DNA from: Tubiluchus corallicola | Lineage: Eukaryota; Animalia; Priapulida | DNA length: 64,000 nt | Assembly (NCBI GenBank): GCA_030141605.1 | Contig: JAQGDQ010000003.1 | Coordinates: 1,550,001 to 1,614,000 of the forward strand | Direction of reading: 5' to 3' | The notes under the pieces: generated by a model | Seen by the model: the letters and a program-made list of their open reading frames with translations, nothing else | The model's database searches: none | What the model was told of the DNA's origin: nothing | Made by a program: the position numbers and the translations under genes | Shown here: in pieces, positions 1 to 11,671 of the stretch | Position numbering within the stretch: position 1 is the first letter of the stretch | Layout: each line of letters starts with the position of its first letter

Positions 1-159
1 AGTGCCTTTTGCAAAAGAGTGCCTCCACACTCGCTTATTTCTTGGTTTTTGCATCTATGAAATTATATCCTGATGATGATCTTCAGCTCTCGATGAATTT
101 ATATAGAATTAAAACCATCAAAATTAAACACAGATGCTGCATTTTTAAATATTTAACAG

Positions 160-3097
160 AGTTAGGTAATCTGTCTGCCTTTTCTAGTGTTACATCAAGA
201 TATCCTGTACCTCCCCAACAGGATGTGTCAAGGACAGAAAACAGTCATAATGTTAGTCATCCATTAAGGCAAAGTGATTCGATGCAGGAAATTAAACCTT
301 TCATGTTGCTAAAAGATGTAAATTCCATGCGTTCCAGTAGTCGTCAGGTTGTTAAAGTAAAGGTAAGGTACTTTTATCTTTTTATTCACCTGTAACCATT
401 TTCAGTTTAAGATTTTTTATTTTTCCTACAGGCAGCTAACGTAGCACTGCCATGTTAGTATGTGATACTGCTGTATGGTTACAAACTAAGTTGAAAGAAA
501 TGTTAGATCCTTGTTCTGTTTGAATGCATCCAGCAAAACCATTTACAGTGTATTGCATTGTTATCTATTTCCTCATACATTCGTTATACAAAAGGCAAAT
601 TAAATTTCAAAAGTTTTCACCCTTCATTGTACAGTGGGATTATATACATAGCTCCTCAATGTTTCATGATGACATCCAATTTGGGTCAGCTGTTTTCTGT
701 TCCTGTTTGAGTAATAAAAATTATGCAACAAAATAATAGAATTTTGCTGAGAAAAGGGTGACACTACTTTGTTGCAGTGTTTCATCTCCACTTTGACATC
801 CAAGTTAGAAACTGATGATGGTAACAAGTGGAAACTATCGGCAAGAATTGCTGATGGGACTGGCCAGCTTGATGTCATCTTTGGCAGTTCACTACTCACA
901 TCTTTGATTGGATTCACTGCGAAAGATATGACGCAGATGAAAACTAGAATAGCTGCTGATCCTAGCATAAAAACAAGGGTTATGAAGGTACATATGTGAT
1001 GCTTCCCAATTTTGTTAAACGAGTTGCACAATTCTGAGCAATGCATTTATATTTCCGAATTTGTTCCCGTGGCTTTTTGCAATACAGTGCAGGTGTAATT
1101 ATTGTCAGGTAATGTTATATTTTTCATTAAATGAAGTCACTATTTATGTATTTAATATTACGAAATAGAGTGCAGTGCTACATTATTGCTATTGGACTTT
1201 CTGAATTGATGCTGTTTAGAAAAAAATATAATTTGTGTTTGGCTGAAGTATGTCTATTATTCGTAAATTTGTTACTGGTTGTTGTATCCATCATTTTTCT
1301 CGATGTGTGTATATTAATTACAATTGCGTGTTATTTTTCATAAAAACGTTTATTTTTACAAGAAAAAATTGTAAAAGTGTATGAAATATATGCACACTGT
1401 AATACTGGTTGGTTATCCATTATTTTTTCACTATAGCAGCAGATCATCACCCATAATTTGGCAATATTTCTGTTGTAGGCGCTTTCTGAGTGTCAAACTA
1501 AATTACTCAACTTGTATGGAATAATGTCCTTGCAATATGATGAGAACAAGCAGCAATTCAAGGTCAAGTCTTGCAGTCCTCTTGGTAGAACTCACATGGA
1601 CTGGTTGAATGAAACAGCACATTATTTTGATGCATTAAATCATACAGTATCCGTTATACACCAAGAAGCAACTGATTTGGAAAAATCGCTTGGTAATGAA
1701 ATGTATAAATTTGTGTATAAAATTGTGCAAGTCAATGATTTTTTAGCTCTCGATACTAATACTGTTGTGATTATGCGGTACCTGTTTGGAGTTATCTAAA
1801 TTATTAAGTAGTCATTAGCACATTAATTTCTATTTTTTGCATAATTCTTTGAACAATTATTTTCTTTTCCAGAGCGACTATGTATGCCACCATTTGCTCT
1901 AATCAGTAAAGTATGTCAATTATTGCCTCACATTTCACAACGAATTGTGAATATAAAGGTATAAAGAAGCAGCTGGATGCTTATGTTATTTGTGTCTTAT
2001 CATTCGTGCTTTTTAATCTTTGCATATACGTGTTAAAACAGTTGTTGCACCTTAAAATGTAAATTTTCATTTATGAAAAACATTTTAAGCATAGAAGTAT
2101 TCTTGATGCTTTTATAGTGTTATGTTATATGTATAATTTTGTTTTTAGATTAAATTGCATTGGTGTATGCAGATTTTAGGCTTCATTAATTGGCAATATT
2201 AAGATAATATTTCAGTACACAATATTTTCAGTACGTAATACTTCATATACTAAATAGTACATGAAAGCACATGCAAATCGAAATCAGAATATACATGTAT
2301 GAACATTAAAGTTATGCGAGTATGCTACATCGTGGAGAGATTAGTAGACCAGTTTACTTGTGTATACACGTTTACTTTTTAGTTTCAATTTTGTTTAATT
2401 TGGGCTGTCTCATTTCTAGGGTTTCTTTGTGAAATTGACATCAACGCTGTCATACAAAACAGCTAAATGGACTTTATCTGCTGTGATTAGTGATGGTAGT
2501 GCTTGCCTAGAAGTTGATCTTAGTGATGAGTTACTGACAGAGTTAATTTCCTTCACTGTTGCTCAGTTTGTTGAAGATCACAAAGCTCATCTTCCTCAGG
2601 TAAAAAGAAAAGTTACACTTTGCATTTTGTGTACCAAACACTCCTAAGAGCAAATTTGTCACTAGCGTCATATGAGGCGAACAGATTATTATACTAATAA
2701 TATCCATGCCAATAGTGCCTACAAGTACATTAGTGCATTAGTAACAGTAAAACTTGTCTTTGCAAATGGTTTTAACTTGCTAACATTATCTTTTATGTGC
2801 AGCAGAACTCAATTTCGAGTAGGAATTAGGCACCCTGTACTTACTCATATGATCATACTCACCGTTTGACTGTATCTGCCGTGATTTTTACATATTTCTA
2901 TGTACATTCCTCGGTTAGTTAAGATTGTTTTTATTTTTCTGTAGTTAGCAGTGGATTCCACAGTCAAACTGCTGAACATTTATGGAATACTGAAGCTTTC
3001 TATAGAAGAATCACAGTCACGCCCATTAGTTATTTCATACAGGCCAGTCACATCTAAGGATTTAGAGGAATTGAAAAAGAGACATCAGCGGGACTAA
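160..3097 (+). CDS. RMI1: RecQ-mediated genome instability protein 1-like, 3' part (5' end outside the window), with two tandem RMI1_C OB-fold domains
   Basis: Phase-compatible GT-AG exons: 160-362, 778-987, 1479-1692, 1873-1958, 2420-2599, 2945-3097 (TAA). Repeat 1: KPFMLL..VVKVK|CFISTLTSKL..KWKLSARIADGTGQLDVIFGSSLLTSLIGFT..|ALSECQTKLLNLYGIMSL. Repeat 2: PPFALI..IVNIK|GFFVKLTSTL..KWTLSAVISDGSACLEVDLSDELLTELISFT..|LAVDSTVKLLNIYGILKL..DLEELKKRH. Both match the recalled RMI1 C-terminal pattern PPF..VKVKAFIVTL..W.ITAKVSDGTAYLDVDF..ILTSLIGF..CQ..L..LENLKKR. Confidence 0.9.
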
Positions 3098-3774
3098 GAT
3101 ATTTTAACATTTTAATTCGTTGCATTACACTGCATTATGTTGCATTGAACAAACTAAAGCTGTGATCAAGTGATCATGAAATTACCTTGCGTATTTTATA
3201 TAATATTGACTTTTACATATTTGCCACTGATTATTTTGTGGTGCTTTGCAGTAGCAACATGGGCATATATTTCTATATTACGGCTAGACTAGTTGAAAAT
3301 ATTGTGATCCAATTTAATTATTACATAGCCAGTATTATCACTATAATAAAGGTACAGGTATACAGAAAGCAATAAGTTCCCAAACTAAAGCTGTAACTGA
3401 AATGTTATTGATATTTCCAAACAGTTTAGTGATTGTTAGATGGATATTAGTAACATTGCAAAACTAGCAATAAATACTGCAAAGCTGTTGTTCATCTGTT
3501 ATTAAATTACTTAAACATTACACAACATTATCTATATTTAAAAAGAAAATAAGGAAAAAGCTCATAGTGACTTGATAAATAATGTTAACAGAGTTTCCGA
3601 TATCTACAGTAATAGGTCTATGCTTAATTTTGTATGTGTGCAAAACAAAATGAATATCTTTACAATTACAAACAAGGTATTTTGCTAAATAACGATGGAA
3701 CAATCTGGCTATTATCCGGAAGCGAGTTCTTCCTCCTCTAGTTTTCGAATAACAAGCTGCAACATCTCTGTTTA

Positions 3775-6700
3775 TCATGAGCGCTTGCTGAATGTCTGTG
3801 CGAATTGATTTGCTACTCCCTTTAAATTGCTCTGTGAATTAGCAATCCAGTTAAATACACTCTGCACACCTGAAAGTGAAAATGACACGACTGTAAGTGG
3901 CAGCCCACTTGCCTATTCAAATTACATACAATTAACATTTTGTGATTTCACTATGTATATGTTGCTTGTAGTAAAAACTTATGGTGTGTACATGCACATC
4001 CCCCCCCCCAGCAGTCCATCGAGGATCAATCATTACAGAGTACCTAAAGTATAAACAAGTAATGATTACGCAGCAAGCCTAAAATTATATTTTCAATCCA
4101 AATTTAGTGGAAAGAAAAGTCATAACTGAATATGGATTTGAACCAGGAACTTTCAAACTGCCAGTAGTCCAACAGGCACTTGTGATATAGGCTGGTTTTT
4201 AGCTTAATATTTTTTATTATACTGGTAGGCCACAGTAGGTGTATACAACATAAAGTTACACAAGAAAAAATGGAAAAGTAGGAAAAATGGCACGGTAAAA
4301 ATGGTACAAAAAAAATCGCACAAATAAAAAAGTGTGTGAAAATGGCACAAATGGAAAAATAGGTAAAAATGGCATGGTAAAACTGGCACAGGAAAAATAG
4401 CTGAGGAAAAATGACACAAAGGAAAAGTACACCACATACAAAAAGTTGACCGAACACCACATACAAAAAACATCCTTGAAGCACTTCGTGGAGGTCTCAG
4501 AGAGATGTTTAGTGCTTCTTTTTTGTTATCTCCACTTGGACAAACAACACACTACGAGTTAGTTCCAGTTCCATTTCGAGAAATTCTCACTTGTAAAACT
4601 GTGTAACGCCATCTATAACCTTTGCTTACTAATGTGTATAGCCTTATAAGGGGACTTGGTATGTGAATGCGTATACATTTGTCAGTTTGTTACCACCGAC
4701 AAAATTAATGATTGAAAAGGCAGATAAACACAATGTGGAACATTCATTCATTATTGATTATAAATCTACTTAATGAACAAATATTTTGTGAGATTTTTGT
4801 TAGTCTATATAATACCAATACAGGTGCATTTTTGTATGTTTGCTTGTTTATCTTCGTATTAAATTTTTTTAATAAAAAGAATCAGGCAACAAAGTTTAGG
4901 ATTGTTTGGCTATGGTAGAGATCTACTTCCTACTGAGTGCATTCTAGTTTTGCTATAGAAATCAATTGCACCAATATAACATATTTGCCATTTTTTCTAC
5001 TTTTCCATTTGTGCCATTTTTTTTCCTGTGCCATTTTTACCTACTTTTCCATTTGAGCCATTTTTTCGGTGCCATTTTTACCTGTACGCCGAATTAAACA
5101 GCTTTATAAAGGTAGCAATTCTAGCAATAGCCAGTTTTACGATCAAGTTGGCTGGTAGCTGCAGTAGCCGCGGCCACATGCTGTAGAAAGAATGACTGGT
5201 TATTAAGATATTAGTATTGGCAGAACATGTCTTTTGATTCATAAATCTGCTTGGTCAATGGCAAAGTATATTGGCGGGTATCTGCCATGTAAATTAACGG
5301 TACTGAATACGCTGCAATTGGCAAGTAGCAACCTCCTTTATTTAAATATGAAATACACAGAAAAGTTTACATAATATTAAGCACAAATGGTAAACACATT
5401 AATAACCTATAATTATATAAAGTGAAAATACGAGATATGCAATACGATTTAAATGACTTTACATACATTAGCACAGGAACTCAATGGGTCTTCTGTATGT
5501 GATACAAAATAACCGGCACTACAAATTAACCAGATCCGTGATAAGAAGAGTTAACTGTAGTGCTTTAATAGTAGTTGGTGTCTAAAATTTACGAGAATGT
5601 TTATTCGCAAATCACAATTTAAACCCTTTATAAATTTAAACTTACCGGAATTCCAACGTTCTCCGAAGCTTTCTGATACATTATGTATATCTGGAATCTA
5701 GAAGACAAGAAACAATGTGTGTAATGCATTTCAGTAAAAACTTTGGTAGTTTCCATTAATGCAGTCCCACGAAGAAGGTCACAGTGTGTGCGAGCTTAAG
5801 AACTGAATAGGCGACTGCCAGAAAAATTTATCTGGTCACAGATAGGATGCATAAGCTTAAGATCAAACTCATCCCTACTCGGTGTCTTACCTTAGAAGGT
5901 TATTTTTTATATATAACAAGGATCTAGTCCTACCACTATAGTTAGCCCTGCCATTAAGTATGTTGAACACTGCCCTGCCAACACTAGGTGTTGAAAATGG
6001 CACGAACTAGAATAAACACAAGTAAATGCATGTAAATTAAAATATTGAGCCAGATTTTATTTTATAAATTAATATCATGGGTTTACCTAAAGATATTTAT
6101 TAGTGCGCTAATAGCTATACATGCTTCTTTAAAACTACATTTACCTCCCTAGTATAGACATGTGCATCAGGCATAACTTTGTTTGTTACTTTATGCATAG
6201 TTTTTGCACCCTGTCTACCATCTAAGCTCCAAATTCCTTGATCAACACTGATATAGACAGCACTGCCAACGATACCGAGTTTTAGAGAATTTCTGTAAGA
6301 AAAAGATATGGTGCATCAGCTGATAAATTTTTAAAGTTAAGTGCCTGTGTATTTCATTTTTAAAGCTAACATTTACATAAACGTAATAAAGTGACCAAAG
6401 GTTTACATTTGACCAAAGTTTTTTCGTCATTTGTATTTCTTCTTTCTTCAAAATCTCATTCCACCTGTTATAGGCATTGAGGTATAACACTGATCAGAGT
6501 ATTCCACCCTCTTCTATCTGCAGCTAACAGCGTGAGTTCTTCTACTCCTAAAGATAGATTTGGTTGAAGTTGTTGAATATCTTTACTTATCTTAGCTATC
6601 CAAGTTGTTTTAGGTTGACCAGGTGGTTTTTTGCAAGGTTTTAAGACTTTCTTTAAGGCGATTCTTACTGGTGCTTCATTTGGTAATCTTAGAAGATGTC

Positions 6701-9700
6701 CTAGCCATCCTAATCTTCAGATCTTGACTTTTGAACTCCAAGAAATTTCTTTTGTTCTGGTGTATAAATCTTCATTTTTGATTATGTTATCTTTAAAACT
6801 TTCCTAAGGAGATTTCTATGAAATGTGTCAATCTCCTTTTCTTGAGTAACCGTTAAACCCCAAGTTTCACTGTTGTATATAAATATGCTGGTAACGTAAG
6901 CATTAAATAATTGAAGTCTTACATTAAGACTTAATTTCTTGGTAGTTAATACATTCTTGTGCTGAAGAAAAGCATGCATTGCTTTTTGCTTTCTGCTTTT
7001 AATGTGATATTCGGTGCTTGGAAAAGTGCCCATGTACTTGCACTTTTTCCAAGACTGATTACCATCTCTTGCAATAATATATTCTTCAGTTTTTGACTGG
7101 TTTACTTGAAGATTTCTTTTCTCTAGTTTTTTGGAAAATCGCTTTTTATTGTGTTAGTCTGAAAATTTGATACACACTAATCCATCCAATATCGTCTGCG
7201 TATTGTTGATTAATAAGGAATTTTTCATAGGATTCCAAAGCAGGATAGGAGTGATCCAGAATATGTTGAGGAAGGTTATCACAGACAGTGGTATCGTAAT
7301 CATGATCATCATTTGGAGGCGTGTGGATCTTAAGTGCATTTGCTAGGTAGAGCATGAAAAGTATTGGACTAAGACAGTCCCCCTGGGGGACCCCAAATTT
7401 CATGCTAAAAGTTCTTCCTAAGGTGTTCCCAACTTTTACAGTAAGTTTAACACCCTTTAGTAGAATTGTAATGATGTGCACTTCATCTGGTTGTAGTACA
7501 GTTTATAGGTCATCGAACAGAATTTCTCTCTGTACAGAATCAAACGCCTTGCTCAAATCAAGTAACAAAATCGCGATTTGATAAGAACTGGATGTGACTG
7601 CTTTTTCTGCTAGTATTTTTGCTGACATTACTAGTTCAGTAGTGTTACGTCCCTCCCTACATGCAGCTTGACTTGGTGGAATGTTGCTACAGTCTAACCT
7701 CGTTATCTCGCCACTGTCCGTCTAGGGCAAATTTTTGGCGAGAGGCGAGATAACGGGAATATAACAAAGTTAGTCTATATGTATATACATACTGTACATA
7801 ATAGTTGATTAACATAGTGTTCCTCTATGTACATATAAAATATATTTTGCATTATGATACCAATCAACATTAAATCAGAAATGAAAAAATGTCATAAAAA
7901 TAATCTTAGAATGTTACTTTTTTATTTAGAAAACCTTTTTCGAGTATACACTTAAATGCAATAAACTTAGCAAAAGATTTAGAAATGTTCACAAATGAGT
8001 TACTGACGACTGAAATAATTCAGAAGCGACGACTGTTTCATTGATGATACACGCAAGCAGTCAACACGACGTTTAATCAAACACAATCCTTGAATATTGT
8101 CGCTTGTGACTCTCCGGCTAACAGTGTCACCAAATTTCGCACTAAATACAGTAAAAATTTCCTGCTGTGTCTTTGAAGAATTATTCGTATGATAAATACA
8201 AATTTCCTTTTTTTGTTCAGGATTAAGACAAAACAGTTTTCGCTTCAGAGACATCATGTAAAGTTGCTCACACTTTGTGGAAACTCAAACTTAAACGCAG
8301 CTTTGGCGCTTTAGTTTCTCTGCGCATTAACCAACCACAGCACTCCTAATCTAATCCTGGTGAGACACACACTAGATTAATTATGTCTGTCTATCGAGTA
8401 CAGCAGCATTGTCTACATACCGCGGTTATATTGATCGACACGCGGTATATGTACAGTATTGATCGATTCACCTCTGAGTTTGTCTGTTTGGCGACATAAC
8501 GAATATAGTTTACATAAGCACTCATCCTAGCATGACGTGGCAAGGGCGAGAAGCGAGGGTGGCGACTTAACGAGGTAAATATCAAAGCGGGAAATCCGTC
8601 CTGGTACTTTCTATGGCGAGAGACGAGTTTGGCGGCATAATGAGGGGCGAGATAACGAGGTTAGACTGTATTTAATCTGTCATGTATACGTCTGATCCTG
8701 CATAAAGCCAAGATTTTTCGTAACAAATTCAGCAGTATGTAATTGGTCTTAAATTTTCTACTGGTCCTTTCTACTTTTTAGGCTTTGGAATAGGCACTAA
8801 TATCCCTTGCTTAACTTCTTTCGGATAGTTTCCTGTTTCTGCAATAGTGTTTAGTAAATTTGATATTCCAATGCTAATGATCTTTGGCCCATGCTTTAGC
8901 TGTTCTGCTACAAGATTATCTATACCTGGGCTTTTGCCATTCTTTAAAGATTTTATTGCCTTTAAAACCTCTTCAGAAACAAAACGTTATTCCATTGCCA
9001 TTGATTTAATCTCAGGAATGTTTTTTGCATTATTATTGTTACAAGCCCTTTCAAAAAAGGTAGTTATAATTTCTGATGCTTCTAGTTCATTGGCAGTAAC
9101 ACCATCATCAATTTCAACTAATATCCTGCCTTTTGGCTTCTATTGATTTTCCGGACTGCTTTATACATCCTACTAGAGTGATATTTTCAATTTCTGCAAT
9201 ATCTTCTAATAACTTTTCTTCTTTAACCTGGCGGACTACATATCTAAGCTCTTTTAGCTTCTGACTGCATAACTTTTGGAATTTCTGTCTAAGCTCCATG
9301 TCTTTAGCTGCATTGTGCTTCAACCTAATCCTAATATCTTTCTGTTCAGCTGATATTTTGTCAACTTGTTCATTGCCAAAAATCTTCTTTGCTCTGTTTG
9401 TAGAGTGAACCCAAAACTCCCTTTGATGCCGTGTCCATGGGCTTGTGTAATTTCTTTAAAATGATGCTCTGCTTTCTCTAGATATTTAACTTCAATATCT
9501 TGATGTTTTAATTTGTCACACTGAAATTGCCTAGACATATTGTCCTTTGCCAGGGTTGCCAACTTCCTCTATACATTGAACTTTGCAATTACTAGTCTGT
9601 AGTCTGAGAAAGTTTCAGTGCCACTGTATGATCTTGCATCATTTACACTAATCCTGTGTTTCTGCTTAGCCATAATATAGTCAATCTGGTTCCTAACAGG

Positions 9701-10801
9701 TTTTTGCTTATTTTTTATATTGCTGTTTAAGTCACCTTTCCCAAATTTGCCAATATTGTCCGGATAATAGTTGTACACTGAACCAGTTTTTGCACTAAAA
9801 TCACCTGCTACTGTTAGAAAATCATGATCGCTTATTGTCTGTATGATACTGTCTAAGACTCTAAGTCACTGTAGAACCTTTCACGTACCACAGGATTTTT
9901 TTCATTTACAGGTAGGGTAGGTGCATAGGCAGGTATAACTGCATATCACTTGTTATCGATCTTTATTTTAATCATACAAATCCTTTCAGTCAACTCTTGA
10001 AATCTGGATGTAAACTCCTGTTTGACAATTATCCCAACACCACCATCCTTACTGTTATTGATACCACCATAATAGAGATCATAACTTTTCCCAGTCATTT
10101 GTATTGAAAATATAAAACTTACTTTATCAAGGACGCTGCCATGGTGTTTCATGGTAAAAAAGTTAACATTTCTGACGCACCGCCGTACTTTTGCGGCTAA
10201 TATTCTGGCTGCGATCTATATAAACGCGATCTTGCCAACGAATCACTATAACCTCAATAATAAGCTCACGAAGTATGAATACTTCATTACCTTCGCGGAG
10301 CACGGTTAATAGAATCAGTCATCCAACTGACTAAATAAAATCTGGTACGGGTAGCTCCCATTCAAACGTGTGTAAAAACCGCCGAGAATTGTCTCAAATA
10401 ACTCAGTATTTTGCTTCACCTGCTTTTGTGTGACGAGAGACAGGGTCGGATTTTGAATTTGTGGGCCCTGGGCTACAGATACTGTGAGGCCCCAGACCAC
10501 AATGACAATTAACAAAAGCATTAATATTGGATTTTTCTACTTATCTCTGTTTTTAAAGACGTAATTCAGCATACTTTTACTCTCATTCTGTAGTAACTTT
10601 CCCAGTAAATTAATTTCAGTTAATTTTTAAGTTAATTAATCTCTGGACGCCCCTGCATGGACTATAGAGCATGAAGCCCATAACCTTAATCCTTCACTGA
10701 CGAGAGAGCGTTTATTACGTCATATTTACTTCACTTTTGTGCACTAGAAAATATCATGTTAAGTACCGTATTATCTGTAAGCAGGTACGCTTATCACACA
10801 T
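3775..10801 (-). CDS. MICOS13: MICOS complex subunit MIC13 (QIL1), about 109 aa, 4 coding exons
   Basis: Exons (minus strand): 10801-10767 (first exon less certain; another in-frame ATG at 10840), 6292-6145, 5697-5646, 3869-3775 (TGA). Spliced protein: MCDKRTCLQIIRNSLKLGIVGSAVYISVDQGIWSLDGRQGAKTMHKVTNKVMPDAHVYTREIPDIHNVSESFGERWNSGVQSVFNWIANSQSNLKGVANQFAQTFSKRS. The Gly-containing N-terminal hydrophobic segment followed by DQG(I)W, and the WNxG motif, are characteristic of MIC13/QIL1. All splice phases fit. Confidence 0.85.
4238..5090. mobile_element. Foldback/MITE-like element with inverted arrays of a ~15-bp subterminal repeat, in MICOS13 intron 3
   Basis: About 4260-4430 carries repeated GG(A/T)AAAAATGGCAC and GGAAAAGTAGG units. 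About 4985-5090 carries the reverse-complement units (GTGCCATTTTTACC, CCTACTTTTCC) and ends in TGTACGCC. No clear target-site duplication (TSD). Confidence 0.65.
6436..10150 (-). mobile_element. Degenerate non-LTR retrotransposon (RTE-like LINE: AP-endonuclease plus reverse transcriptase), interrupted by a DNA transposon
   Basis: Minus-strand fragments: endonuclease (GVGIIV..ERICMIKI; GDFSAK; NQIDYIM..SDYRLV), RT (QAACREGRNTTE; LLDLSKAFDSV; GVPQGDCLSPILFMLYL; QQYADD), thumb (LFNAYVTSIFIYNSETW) and C-terminal AADRRGW followed by a GAA-rich tail at ~6436-6450. Multiple stops and frameshifts. Lies in MICOS13 intron 1. Confidence 0.9.
7690..8668 (-). mobile_element. Non-autonomous pogo/Tigger (Tc1-mariner superfamily) element, 979 bp, nested in the LINE
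   Basis: Perfect 23-bp TIRs (CAGTCTAACCTCGTTATCTCGCC ... GGCGAGATAACGAGGTTAGACTG) flanked by TA at 7688-7689 and 8669-8670. Removing the element and one TA restores the LINE frame (HDRLNSNIPPSQAACREGR). Internal ORF 8000-8257 encodes a CENP-B-like N-terminal HTH segment and ends in KQSSLLNYF. Confidence 0.92.
10441..10699. mobile_element. hAT-type MITE
   Basis: 8-bp TSD ACGAGAGA at 10433-10440 and 10700-10707. Imperfect TIRs CAGGGTCGGATT / AATCCTTCACTG, with subterminal GGGCCC/GGCCCC motifs. Confidence 0.8.
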
Positions 10802-11162
10802 TGATATGTTAGCGCTGCGGTTTTGTTTTGAATTTGTCATAGCACGTCCACTTCAGTTAAACCTGTGCTTTCTGGAAGCTAAACTTAATCACTTGCCCAA
10901 CGGCTTGCTTTTGAAGCTCTCCTTGCTTTTCGCAGGTTCACCATCTACTACTTTCCACATGGAAACATGGTCAACACCAAAGTATGTCATGCACTAGGTG
11001 TTTTGAATGAATGTGGTGTGCAGCATACAGCAACAGATTTTCAACGTTTTTATTAGTATGAGAACTTTATAAACCAACTTTTTTGTGAAGAAATGAAGCA
11101 ATCGACCTTGCACGAATTTTTGAAATTTTCAGTGCAAATTTTTGTAATGTTTAGTGTAAATT

Positions 11163-11216
11163 ACACACGCACACACACGCACGCACGCACGCACACACAC
11201 ACACACACACACACAC
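11163..11216. repeat. (CA)n/(CACG)n microsatellite
   Basis: Directly visible dinucleotide and tetranucleotide run. Confidence 0.95.
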
Positions 11217-11671
11217 AATTAGTTTCTTACTACTTGTACAAATATTTAGCAAATTATTATGTATAACATGAAAAACATAAACGTGAGACACATCTTGCAT
11301 CATTGTGTATTTCACAGAGCAACAATTATTTTCATCTGCCTTATAGCTGTCAGCAAATTATTATAAAACCCAGTAATTGTATAACGTGTTGTAACTATAT
11401 ACTGTAATATGCCTTTGTGTTAATAAATAATACTCACAGTCTACAATACGTGTAAAAAACACGACTTAGTAGCGTTGAGGCCTATGTAAAGCTCGTGCAG
11501 CTATTTATAACTACATTATTAACACAGCAACGTTAATTTTGTGCTGATACTTAGCCAAAACCCATCATTATACATTTACTCACTTGGATGGTTAGTTCGG
11601 TTATAAAAAGTTAGATGCCTATTTGTGCACAATACATGTAATCACAAAAATGTTGGCTTAGTAAGAAAAGC

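Noticed and set aside
4104-4484. Three overlapping hydrophobic Phe/Cys-rich ORFs on the minus strand
   Set aside because: They are translations of the AAAAATGGCAC minisatellite arm; all three frames are open because the repeat lacks stops.
10291-10420. In-frame TGA codons upstream of MGATRTRFY.. suggesting a selenoprotein
   Set aside because: No selenoprotein-like context or recognisable SECIS element; the downstream exons are better explained as MIC13.
10315-10521. 68-aa ORF with an apparent signal peptide (MLLLIVIVVWGLTVSVAQG)
   Set aside because: The 'signal peptide' lies inside the hAT MITE (10441-10699) and the ORF crosses its TSD, so it is a chance product.
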